NCBI GenBank assembly: GCA_951406725.2
Contig: OX597828.1
Location: forward strand, 61,380,001-61,444,000
Source of the DNA: Octopus vulgaris
Taxonomy: Eukaryota
Length of the DNA stretch: 64,000 nt
Direction of reading: 5' to 3'
Under the pieces are notes generated by a model that had not been told where the DNA came from, made no database searches, and saw only the letters and a list, made by a program, of their open reading frames with translations. Below, piece by piece: positions 42,599 through 54,023 of the stretch (position 1 is its first letter; each line of letters begins with the position of its first letter). The position numbers and the translations under genes were made by a program.

Positions 42599-43022
42599 TA
42601 TCTTATGATAAAAGGCAGATTTTCTCTGCCTATTCCCATGTTTCTTTTTAATACAATTCTACAATATACAATTTCTTCAATTGGAATTTACCTATGATTT
42701 TTCGAAGTAGATTCGATTGGGTCATGGCATAAAAAGTTTTTTTCAATTTGACCCCCAATTAAGCAAAAATTCGAGAAAACTCAATATTTTACGATTTGCC
42801 TCTCTCATTTCAAGTGGTTTACTCCTGTTATTACCACCACACTTTCTCCTACTTTCTCTTTGCAAGTGTGAAACTATTAAAGTGAAAGTATTATATAACA
42901 GGGATGAGCCAATAATAGTGGTCATCCTTTTTGCTAGAGGAAGATCCGCTATGGTCGTATATGCTACACCACTGATTTTCAATTCATATTAATCAAATTA
43001 ATATTCAATTTTTCACCCTTAT

Positions 43023-43065
<43 letters not shown>

Positions 43066-43645
43066 TAGCAATTCGTATAAAATTGCATCAATGACTTGAA
43101 CTTGAATAAGTGGTTTCACATAAATGGGGATAAATTAAAAAGGTTTGTTGTTATTATTATTACTGTTTGACTATTGTAATCACATTTGTTGGTTCCTCGT
43201 CAGGGAAACGTTGTTGTGTTGCATTTGTTAAATAATTGTAAACCGTAACCCTCCCTCTTTCGGAGAAGGGGCTTTGGTTATTGTTTCAAAATTGAATTGT
43301 GTCCCTGTTTGTGGAAATTGACAATATTTTCACCGTCTTTACGGAAGCATTTTTGTTAAAATGCCTTCGATAGAAGAAAGTCCAAAATTGAATTTCGCTG
43401 CAGCCGTACACGAGGGAGGACAAGATCCAACTGATCGAAATTGCAAGAGACGGGCCTACAATTCCAGTTTGTTATATATTTTGAGTATTGTTATCACTAG
43501 CGATATCAAGATATAACTTTGTATTTTGTATTTTATGTGTAGATGTATATATATAGATGTACATGTAATATGTACACATATATATACACATATATACATG
43601 CATAATATATCTACCCACACACACATACGCACACACACATACATA

Positions 43646-43785
43646 GGGGCAGGTGTGGCTGTGTGGTAACAAACTACGTTCCAAACACATGGTCCTGGGT
43701 TCAGTCCCACTGTGTGGTGACTTGGCATGTGTCTCCTGCTGTAGCTTCAGACCAACAAAAGCCTTCTCAGTGGATTTTGTACGTA
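43646..43785 (+). mobile_element. Family A SINE 5' part nested in the Helitron
   Basis: ggcgcagg-like head, gggttcagtcccactg. Confidence 0.75.
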
Positions 43786-43919
43786 TATACAGGCATACAT
43801 ACATATATATACTTGCATACGTACATATTCGGCATAAACACTCTACCACTACAACTAATAACTGTTGGGAACACTTTCAAACCTGCCTTACATTCGAACC
43901 GGAATCTCAGAAACATTGT

Positions 43920-45528
43920 CCCCTTCAGCGCCATGCTCAACTGTTCTATCCTGACATGGAGGGTATCAGCAATGAAATCTATAACAAAACACTCATTGAC
44001 GTTGAAGACAGAATTTCTGAACTGGGTGGAAATGAATTGTCGACGTATGGCCTGCCACAAGCATTCACGTCAGGGTCAAATAGCCTTCCCACTGCTGTCA
44101 TACGTGAAACAACCTACGACACTCAAGCGCTTTCAAAGTACATTGTTGAAAATGAGCCTAAATTACTTCCGGACCAGCTGCAGGCCTACAGAACCATTCT
44201 TAACACTGTACGCCAACGCGAGGGACGAATCTTCTTCCTCGATGCTCCTGGAGGGACAGGAAAAACATTTATTACAAAGCTTCTCCTTGCAGAAGTTAGG
44301 TAGCATCAGGACATTGCAGTAGCTGTAGCCTCCTCTGGCATTGCAGCTACTTTGATACCCGGTGGCAGGACAGCACACTCAACTTTTAAACTCCCTCTCA
44401 ATTTAGCAGCATCCGAAATGCCTTCATGCAACATCAACAGAAGCTCAGATCAGGGACAAGTACTTAAAATGTGTTATGTAATTGTCTGGGATGAGTGCAC
44501 TATGGCTCACAAGGGAGCTTTGGAAGCATTAGACAGAGCCCTGAAAGACATCCGAGACTGTCAAGCTCCAATGGGAGGTGTAACGCTTCTGTTGTCAGGT
44601 GATTTCAGGCAAACTCTTCCTGTCATTCCGAAAGGCATTAGAGCTGATGAAGTTCAAGCATGCCTAAAGTCCTCTACCCTGTGGCATCATGTTACAATCT
44701 TTAGTCTCACCACTAACATGAGAGCTCAGCTACACGGCGACAAAATGTCCACAAAGTTTGCACAGGACATTTTGACACTTGGTGAAGGCAAGATGCCTCT
44801 CGATGCTGCAGGACAAATGGAAGTGTGGTCACTTTCCTCTGTTGTTAATTCTGTAGATGACCTCAAAAACAAAGTCTTTCCCAACTTCACACAAAAGTAC
44901 CAAAATCACAATTGGCTGTGTGAAAGAGCAATATTAGCTCCAAAAAACGTCGCTGTTAACAAAATTAATCAACAGCTAATGCATTCTCTTCCCGGCACTA
45001 TACACACTTACAAGTCTGTTGATACAATTCCAGATATAAATGAAGTTGTGAACTATCCTCCTGAATTTCTCAATTCACTGGAGCCCTCCTCGACTACCTC
45101 CACACATATTACCACTTAAAGTTGGAACTCCTGTAATGCTACTCCGCAATCTGGAACCACCAAGACTTTGCAATGGAACACGACTGGTGATAAAGAAAAT
45201 GATATTACACGTTATCGAGGCGATCATTCTTTCTGGATGTGGAAAAGGTGATGACGTCTTTATTCCAAGATTTCCTCTTACTCCATCAAGAGCAGAAATT
45301 CCATTTACATTCAGAAGACTGCAATTCCCCCTTCGTGTCAGCTTTGCCATGTCCATTAACAAATCTCAGAGTCAAACCCTCTCTGTAGCTGGTCTTCTCT
45401 TGGAAGAGCCCTGCTTCTCACATAGGCAACTGTATGTTGGCTGCTCAACAGTAAGAACCAAAAGAAACCTTTTTGTATATGCTCCACAAGGAAAAACAAG
45501 GAACATTGTTTACAACGAGGTGTTATAA
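43920..45528 (+). pseudogene. Helitron PIF1-like helicase
   Basis: FFLDAPGGTGKTF, GGRTAHSTFKLP, IVWDECTM, GDFRQTLPV, RAILAPKN, LCNGTRL, RLQFPLRVSFAMSINKSQ. TAG at 44301 and a frameshift near 45090. Confidence 0.95.
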
Positions 45529-45613
45529 TCTCAACAGCCAGGAGGTATATACATGATTCCCTTTTTTTAACAAACTTCATGTACTTTCATGTATTTATAT
45601 TAACATACATATA

Positions 45614-45674
<61 letters not shown>

Positions 45675-46049
45675 CCATATATATATAACAGAAAAGTCTA
45701 ATTCTTCTATTGAATGTAACCGGGCAACGCCGGGTATCTCTGCTAGTATATATATATATATATATACATACACATACTTATATATACATATATATACATA
45801 CATATACATATATATACATACACACATATATATACGTACACACACACACACATACACACATATATATATATATATATATACTTTTAGAGAAAGTCCCTTG
45901 ACTTTACAGTTTGACCATGTAAGCTGGCTTGATTTTACCCTTTGAGAGAAACGAAACTTCTTGCGTAAATTGGAGGGCAGAGGATAAAAAAACTACAAAA
46001 CAGGAGCAAATGGGAAAACTTCCAAAACTAAAATTTTAGTTGCAAATAC

Positions 46050-46125
46050 CCCAGCCACCACGATCATATCTGGCCGATATCGGATGAACAGCGGGATATC
46101 GGTAATCTTTTGCCGATATCGGCCC
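46050..46125 (+). mobile_element. Possible CMC/EnSpm-like left terminus with subterminal palindromic repeats
   Basis: CCCAGCCACCAC followed by three (C)CGATATCGG-type palindromes. No matching right end was found. Confidence 0.35.
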
Positions 46126-47192
46126 GTCATCCATTACGACATCAAAACGGAGTTATTTTACGTTTTGCAATTCTCATTGTCCGTTCTTTTTACTACTATC
46201 ATCGTCCATGTAGAAAAAAATTGTATTTGTAGCAGTGTTGCTTTTTTTTAACAGTACTCCAATACCGGGTGGACGTTGGATTGCTGTCATACTGCAGTTG
46301 GACACGGAATATCCTTGTGTTCCAAGCAGGGACAGGGGAAGCAACTCAAAATGTAATCCATATATTTTCCACATCGAAAGCAGGGAAATTAATACCCCTG
46401 TCGTAAAAAACACGTGATTTATCTAGTGTCATAAATAAGACTAAAAACGCTTTTAAATTTTGGCAATTCAATATAACGTATGGGAAAATTTATAGTCTTT
46501 CATCTTCAGAAATCGTATGTTTCAGCGCAGAATAGTGCGCGTCGTTTTCAAAACTTGGGTCCAAACCGACACACATTTAATTTAATGTATGGTAAAATGG
46601 GATGAAAAGGATTATGGTGTTTACATTTTATAGCAAATTACTGAGTAGTTATCAACATTTGACAGATTATTCGTTTTGATGCGTCTAACCAAAACCAAAC
46701 GAACATAAACCTACCACGGCTCAAAACATATTTCATATTTCTCAATGAAACCCTACAGAAATGGAGAGTTATAGATAGCCTGTCTACAGATTTCAAACAG
46801 AGTTCTTTAATAATTAGTATAACTAGAGAATCCCTTTTAGAAGTTCGTTTGTTTTATGTCTTGAAGTTTATCAACATATCTGACAGCTAGGATCCCCCCA
46901 TGTTTGCTGAATTTATTATTCACATTGGAAATGGTGCTGAATATTAGTTCCCGAAGACACCCATGTAAAACTCCGAGTCCCCACTCACCATCCACCTTTC
47001 ATTTTACATGAAAGTGCAGGTAGGCTGTCAGACATGTCCATAAATAGCAGTACAAGTTTGAGGCTCATAAGCATTTGTATGAGTTGCAATGTGTTCTAAG
47101 GCTATGTATTGACAAACAAATATCCACGTTATTCACTGTGTGAGGGGAAATACATGTAATTCCCTGTATATTTTTCATTTCATTTTGTACAG

Positions 47193-48445
47193 GGCACCAG
47201 TTGTCTCAGATGACGAGGATGATGATTCTGAATATCAAAACCGGACGCTTCAAAAGCCACATCCTGTCGTTCAGTTTCCAAAAAAGAGAGCATCTCAACC
47301 CCACTTGTCTTCTCCAGAGCCAAGTAGATAACCACAACCAACTGACATTCACAATACGCCAAAAGAAAGAAGTGCATATGTAGCTCCTCGCAACTTGTCG
47401 GGAAAATCTTAACAGTTGTTGAATGGTAAGTCAATATTATATCATCGGTAGACCTTAGGATGTGTGGAAAATGGTTTCAAATTTATTTATAAACAGAAAA
47501 ATAAAACATTTTGTGTTTGAAAGCAGTTCTTGAGATCATTCCATGGAGAACCATGTTTGAAATGTATGCTTTCACTCTGATCCATAATTACAGTGCTTAA
47601 GAAATAATTGGCAGGTAAATGAGGGTAGAGTCAAAAGAAAAACACATTTTCAAGAATTTTATCAATTTAACCTATCTTGTTTCAAAAGTATATACTTAAA
47701 AACAATAAATCGCATAAATCCTCCTAACTGGTCTGTTGATATTTATGTGAAGATATCATAAGTTTTAGCTTCAGATAGCCACAATGTTCCCGCGTCAGAT
47801 GTTTTCTCTTTTGGGTGAAGAGGTACAAAAACTTCGCTTGTAGTAGCGTGAAGAATATAATACTGTAATATTAACTTTGGTATCTTTTACTATTCTAGAG
47901 GCCTTAGGGGCACTGAAACAAGGTGCAACTTCCCTGTTAAATAGATATAATAATTACCCTTTCTGGAAAATGAAACCCCTACCCCTAATCACGGCAAACT
48001 AGAAAAGGCAAATAAATATTAGTGTTATACTAGACCTTATATAAGGCCACAGATAGTTGATTGTTGGTTTAGCGATTTCTCCGATTCCAGAAAGCAACTG
48101 TGAAATGAGATTATTGTAGATTATGTATTATTTTCAGTATATCTGTAAACTAGTAGCGTCATATTCAGCAAGTATTTCGTAACTCCACTCTCCTTTTTTT
48201 TTCTATGTTCTATTTCAGTTCGGAATCAGCGGGTATTCACCGCAATTGAAAACATTCCAGAGGACCAGTCCCAGCAGAGGGAAATGCTGCAGTCTATACT
48301 TCAGCCAATTCAAAATATTCCATCTTCATCCGCCATTTCAGGGACAAGAAATCCCCCCAACACAATTCATTTCCCTTGTGAGAGTGAAGAGGATGTTGAG
48401 GCTTTGGAAGCTGAGTTAAGTGATGGTGCCGTTCAAAATAACATG
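47193..48445 (+). pseudogene. Two phase-compatible exons (47193-47425, 48219-48445) of a DUF4806-like transposon accessory gene
   Basis: Strong AG and GTAAGT sites with a phase-1 join. Exon 2 is open: RVFTAIENIPEDQSQQREMLQSIL..FPCESEEDVEALEAELSD..NM. Exon 1 has two in-frame TAA. Family assigned from motif recall. Confidence 0.55.
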
Positions 48446-48816
48446 GTAAGTTGTACATTTTACATTTTCATGGTTTTACCTGCTAGTTCATTAATAACCT
48501 TTCTGCTCCTCTCTAACTGATCTGTCTACTTAGCTGTGACTATTGCTTCCTTCATTCTTCACATGCGTGTTTCCATATTACACACACACACCAAAGAAAC
48601 TCACACCCATCATTGTGTACTCATCTCGGTACTCATAACCTCAGATTCGGTTTGTTTTGAATGTATAGTAATTAAAGATATTTAAGTGCATCAACCTGAT
48701 ATTAAGTTGAAATGATTATTTAAGGTTCCAGCGGGAACCTCAGAAAGTAACATGGGGCTTGTATAATGTGGTTTACTAGTTCTGTTTTACTGGTAAAATA
48801 AGGTAAGTCAACCATT

Positions 48817-50722
48817 GGCAGTTGGACATCATATGCATAAACAATTTAGCAAGTGAACATCATATGCATAAACAATTTAGCAAGTGAACATCATATGCAT
48901 AAACAATTTAGCAAGTGGACATCATATGCATAAACAATTTGGCAAGTGGACATCATATGCATAAACAATTTAGCAAGTGGACATCATATGCATAAACAAT
49001 TTGGCAAGTGGACATCATATGCATAAACAATTTAGCAAGTGGACATCATATGCATAAACAATTTAGCAAGTGGACATCATATGCATAAACAATTTGGCAA
49101 GTGGACATCATATGCATAAACAATTTGGCAAGTGGACATCATATGCATAAACAATTTAGCAAGTGGACATCATATGCATAAACAATTTAGCAAGTGGACA
49201 TCATATGCATAAACAATTTGGCAAGTGGACATCATATGCATAAACAATTTGGCAAGTGGACATCATATGCATAAACAATTTGGCAAGTGGACATCATATG
49301 CATAAACAATTTGGCAAGTGGACATCATATGCATAAACAATTTGGCAAGTGGACATCATATGCATAAACAATTTGGCAAGTGGACATCATATGCATAAAC
49401 AATTTGGCAAGTGGACATCATATGCATAAACAATTTGGCAAGTGGACATCATATGCATAAACAATTTGGCAAGTGGACATCATATGCATAAACAATTTGG
49501 CAAGTGGACATCATATGCATAAACAATTTGGCAAGTGGACATCATATGCATAGACAATTTGGCAAGTGGACATCATATGCATAAACAATTTGGCAAGTGG
49601 ACATCATATGCATAAACAATTTGGCAAGTGGACATCATATGCATAAACAATTTAGCAAGTGGACATCATATGCATAAACAATTTGGCAAGTGGACATCAT
49701 ATGCATAAACAATTTGGCAAGTGGACATCATATGCATAAACAATTTGGCAAGTGGACATCATATGCATAAACAATTTGGCAAGTGGACATCATATGCATA
49801 AACAATTTGGCAAGTGGACATCATATGCATAAACAATTTGGCAAGTGGACATCGTATGCATAAACAATTTGGCAAGTGGACATCGTATGCATAAACAATT
49901 TAGCAAGTGGACATCATATGCATAAACAATTTGGCAAGTGGACATCATATGCATAAACAATTTGGCAAGTGGACATCATATGCATAAACAATTTGGCAAG
50001 TGGACATCATATGCATAAACAATTTGGCAAGTGGACATCATATGCATAAACAATTTGGCAAGTGGACATCATATGCATAAACAATTTGGCAAGTGGACAT
50101 CATATGCATAAACAATTTGGCAAGTGGACATCATATGCATAAACAATTTGGCAAGTGGACATCATATGCATAAACAATTTGGCAAGTGGACATCATATGC
50201 ATAAACAATTTGGCAAGTGGACATCATATGCATAAACAATTTGGCAAGTGGACATCATATGCATAAACAATTTGGCAAGTGGACATCATATGCATAAACA
50301 ATTTGGCAAGTGGACATCATATGCATAAACAATTTGGCAAGTGGACATCATATGCATAAACAATTTGGCAAGTGGACATCATATGCATAAACAATTTGGC
50401 AAGTGGACATCATATGCATAAACAATTTTGGACATCATATGTGGCAAGTGGACATCATATGCATAAACAATTTGGCAAGTGGACATCATATGCATAAACG
50501 ATTTGGCAAGTGGACATCATATGCATAAACAATTTAGCAAGTGGACATCATATGCATAAACAATTTGGCAAGTGGACATCATATGCATAAACAATTTGGC
50601 AAGTGGACATCATATGCATAAACAATTTGGCAAGTGGACATCATATGCATAAACAATTTGGCAAGTGGACATCATATGCATAAACAATTTGGCAAGTGGA
50701 CATCATATGCATAAACAATTTG
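48817..50722. repeat. 31-bp minisatellite, about 61 copies (GGCAAGTGGACATCATATGCATAAACAATTT)
   Basis: Directly visible head-to-tail array without spacers. One disrupted unit at about 50423-50443. Confidence 0.99.
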
Positions 50723-51076
50723 CAAAACTTGATCCTATTTGTATGTTGTCACTGTTTGTCACAAAATGACCTACATGCTAAAATTGACGTTGTGCACCAT
50801 TGCGGAATGTTTTTACATTTTCCGGGGTGTTTTTGTGACTGTTTTTGAACAGTTCCGCAGTGGGATTTTTTTGTAGTTTGTTGATGAGTTAATTATTATT
50901 GGCATTCACAGCCATAATGTTATTGTCCAGTTTGGTGTGGAAAGGGAAGGATGTGTGTGTCTTGTGTACATGTAGGTTTTTTTAAACACCCATCCCCTCC
51001 ATCCTATGACAAGACGTGAAATTAAATTGTTTCGCGCATGCATAGAATTATAGAATGGCAGACGAAAAAAGTATCA

Positions 51077-51225
51077 CTTAGCGGTTCGGCAAAAAGAGAC
51101 CGATAGAATAAGTACTGGGCTTACAAAAGAATAAGTCCCGGGGTCGAGTTGCTCGATTAAAGGCGGTGCTCCAGCATGGCCGCAGTCAAATGACTGAAAC
51201 AAGTAAAAGAGAGTAAAAAGAGAGT
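51077..51225 (+). mobile_element. Family A SINE 3' part
   Basis: cttagcggttcggcaaaagagaccgatag...gaaacaagtaaaagag. A degraded minus copy lies at about 51720-51900. Confidence 0.9.
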
Positions 51226-51939
51226 ATCTAAACAGAAAACCTGACATGCTAGAAACACATTTTCAAAATTTCAATTCGAATTACCAAAGAAGAAATTACC
51301 CTCAACAACAACATGTTCATCATGGAGAAAACACTTTAAATTCACTTCTTGTCATAAGGTGGAGGGGACGAGCGTTGTTTATTTTATTTATTTATTAATT
51401 TTTTTTTTTTCTTGAAAAATTGAAATTTTACAGATTTTTTTCAGAACCATAATCTCCGTATTTTTCCTCAAACAATTTTTTAAAAAAGTGAAATTTCAAG
51501 AAATTTAAGGAGAGGTGGGGGGTGAGGGGGGGGGTAAATTTTGAAATGCAGATTCTTTTGCAGATTCGGAATCTCCACCCTCGATATAGTGTGTTCCTGT
51601 AAAAAGAAAACAAAAAAAAAAATCGCAAAGGGGCTGCGGTCCCTGATTCGCCAATATATGTATATATATATGATACTAGGAGAGATAATCGAGGTTGCTT
51701 GGGATTAAGATGGTATAGTATTTTATTGTTTAACTTGATTTGGGCCCGTAACTGTCGTAACTGTGGCCATACCGGAGCACCGCATTTAGTCGCGGTTTGT
51801 TTTGCTAAACTACGAGGACGTAAACGCAGCAACATTGGTTGTCAAGCAATGGTGGGGGTGCAAGCACACAGACACAGGCAAACACAGACACACACACACA
51901 CAAACTCACATACCTATATATATATATATATATATATAG

Positions 51940-52386
51940 TGACAAACTCGTAAAAAAGGCACACCACCTAAGTCTAGATATAAATTCGCTGGTCTTATGC
52001 AGGAGAGTTTCCATGTATAAGTTCTTCGATGGAATAGGAACATTCCTGGTAGAAATGCCCAAGTATTGCTTCTCCATTATATCCAATCTGTATTGTAGAG
52101 CTCCTAAGAGTCGAATAAATATTTATATCCAGACTGAGGTGGCGTGCCTTTTTTACGAGTTTTAGCGTAAATTCAAGGTGTTCTATATGCAACATTGATT
52201 CTCTTATATATTTATATATTTTTATATGATGTTTATATATTTATATATTACTATATTTTTAAACGTCGGGCTTTATATCTGTTCTGTAGATATAAATGAA
52301 TATATGAATATATGTGTTTGATCTTTCTGTGGATTTTGTAGTGTTCTTGTAGTTGCTGCTCATATTGCCTCCCCTCGGATTAAGAA

Positions 52387-52390
<4 letters not shown>
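51940..52390 (-). mobile_element. Hydra-type PLE ORF N-terminus with local inverted repeat
   Basis: ISTRNVPIPSKNLYMETLLHKTSEFISRLRWCAFF. Inverted arms at about 51944-51985 and 52121-52162. (TA)n flanks. Confidence 0.8.
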
Positions 52391-52424
<34 letters not shown>

Positions 52425-52426
<2 letters not shown>

Positions 52427-53112
52427 ATAATAATGTTGAAGTAGTAGCTTTTATCTGCTATTTCTAAACTTCGGTATGTGGTGAAGCAAATATTTTTTGC
52501 TGAACCCTAATTATAATTATACTCATAATTATAGAATTTTGGTATAATTTTAACGATAATTGTTCTTTTAACATACCGTACTACTTGTAAAATTATTAAT
52601 TGATAATTAATTAATTTTACCCTTTATTATTATTGATAATATAATTCTCTCCCTGATAGTAAACTGCAGTTTTTTTCTTTAGAGTTATAATCGTTAGCAC
52701 ACGTGGCTGAGTGGGGAGGAATACGAGATCTCATTCTTCTGTTTGAATTCGGAGCTACTGGTCGTTAGATATACGTTGTCTGATGTCGCCTGGTCAGATA
52801 AGCATGTTTAAGTTTTCAGTGCTCTCAAATTTAAAATCTTGAATTCCTCTACTGAAGAGGCGAATGGGAGAGTAGAGATATGATTTTACATTTTTCATAT
52901 CTCTCTAACTCCGAAACGCGTTAATCAAAGCCGGGTGCATTCGTTATTTTTTTCTCTTTACCTGCGTGAGTTATCAAGTATTGCTGTCTGGGAGATGTTC
53001 TTATGGAAGTGAAATAGTAATTTTTAACTGCTATTTCTAAATTTCGGTATGTGGTGAAGCAAATATTTTTGCTGAACCCTAAATATATTTATACTCATAA
53101 TTATAAAAATTA
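52425..53112 (+). mobile_element. Non-coding element with direct terminal repeats (573-bp period) and hammerhead-like motif
   Basis: ctgctatttctaaa.ttcggtatgtggtgaagcaaat... at 52455 and 53028, with a third copy at about 34904-34978. CTGAAGA 52852, long stem, GAAA-cgcg-TT 52913-52922. Confidence 0.65.
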
Positions 53113-53135
53113 TTATTATTATATATATGTAAATT

Positions 53136-53205
<70 letters not shown>

Positions 53206-54023
53206 TAGATAGATAAGAAAGTTGGTCTGTGAAAGCACGTGGGTGAATATATAGAAAATAGTAAAGAGTGAAAAAACTACAGAAGACTTAAATGTTAAAA
53301 TATATATATATTTGCGTCAATATGTCTGAAGAATATTAGAAAATTTTTAAAAACATATTTTTCTCTTATAATGACATAATTTAAAAGAAAGAATTCTTCC
53401 AAAAATATAGTGCAACTTTCAAAAATGAATTGGGTACAAATAATCCCTTCCTTAAGAAAATTACAAAATATAAAAAAGAAAAACCAAACAACCCACGAAC
53501 AACCCCCAACTATCCTCCATACACTAAAAACAGAAATCACCCACAACCAACCTTTGCAAACCACGCAAGACCTAACAGGGAACTAGCTGACAGACAACGC
53601 GTCTATGAAATAAATTACACCAAAAACAGAACACACCAACAACATCCTAATACCAGACCCAACCACCATACAGCACAAAACGACACTAGAATAAGAAATA
53701 CACCACACACAAGTCGCTACTACTCCATGAACCAAAATTACAGGTCCCCACTAAACACAAGACAAACGCAAAACAACACTATATCAAGCAACATCCCACA
53801 TACAAGCAGTTCGAAACAAAAATATTTCTCATACAGAAATTTTACACACACCACAAACAAAAACAACCATAGATTCACACACACAACGATCGGGGGCAAC
53901 AATACCACCACTCCCCCGACCCAATATCACACAACCTCACAGACAACTCATACAAACAAAATTACACCCAACATTTTTTAGCCAGGGACCAGGGACACCA
54001 GGACACAGGCTGGAACCTAGTAA

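Larger units (their letters stand above)
42601..45746 (+). mobile_element. Internally deleted Helitron
   Basis: A|TCTTATGATAAAAGGCAG 5' end and accgggcaacgccgggt hairpin + CTAG|T 3' end. Helicase coding sequence is inside, and no Rep/HUH domain was seen. Confidence 0.85.

Noticed and set aside
44352-45528. Host PIF1 helicase gene
   Set aside because: It is intronless, disrupted, and bounded by Helitron termini.
48817-50722. CRISPR array
   Set aside because: The units are contiguous with no unique spacers, there are no cas genes, and the context is eukaryotic.
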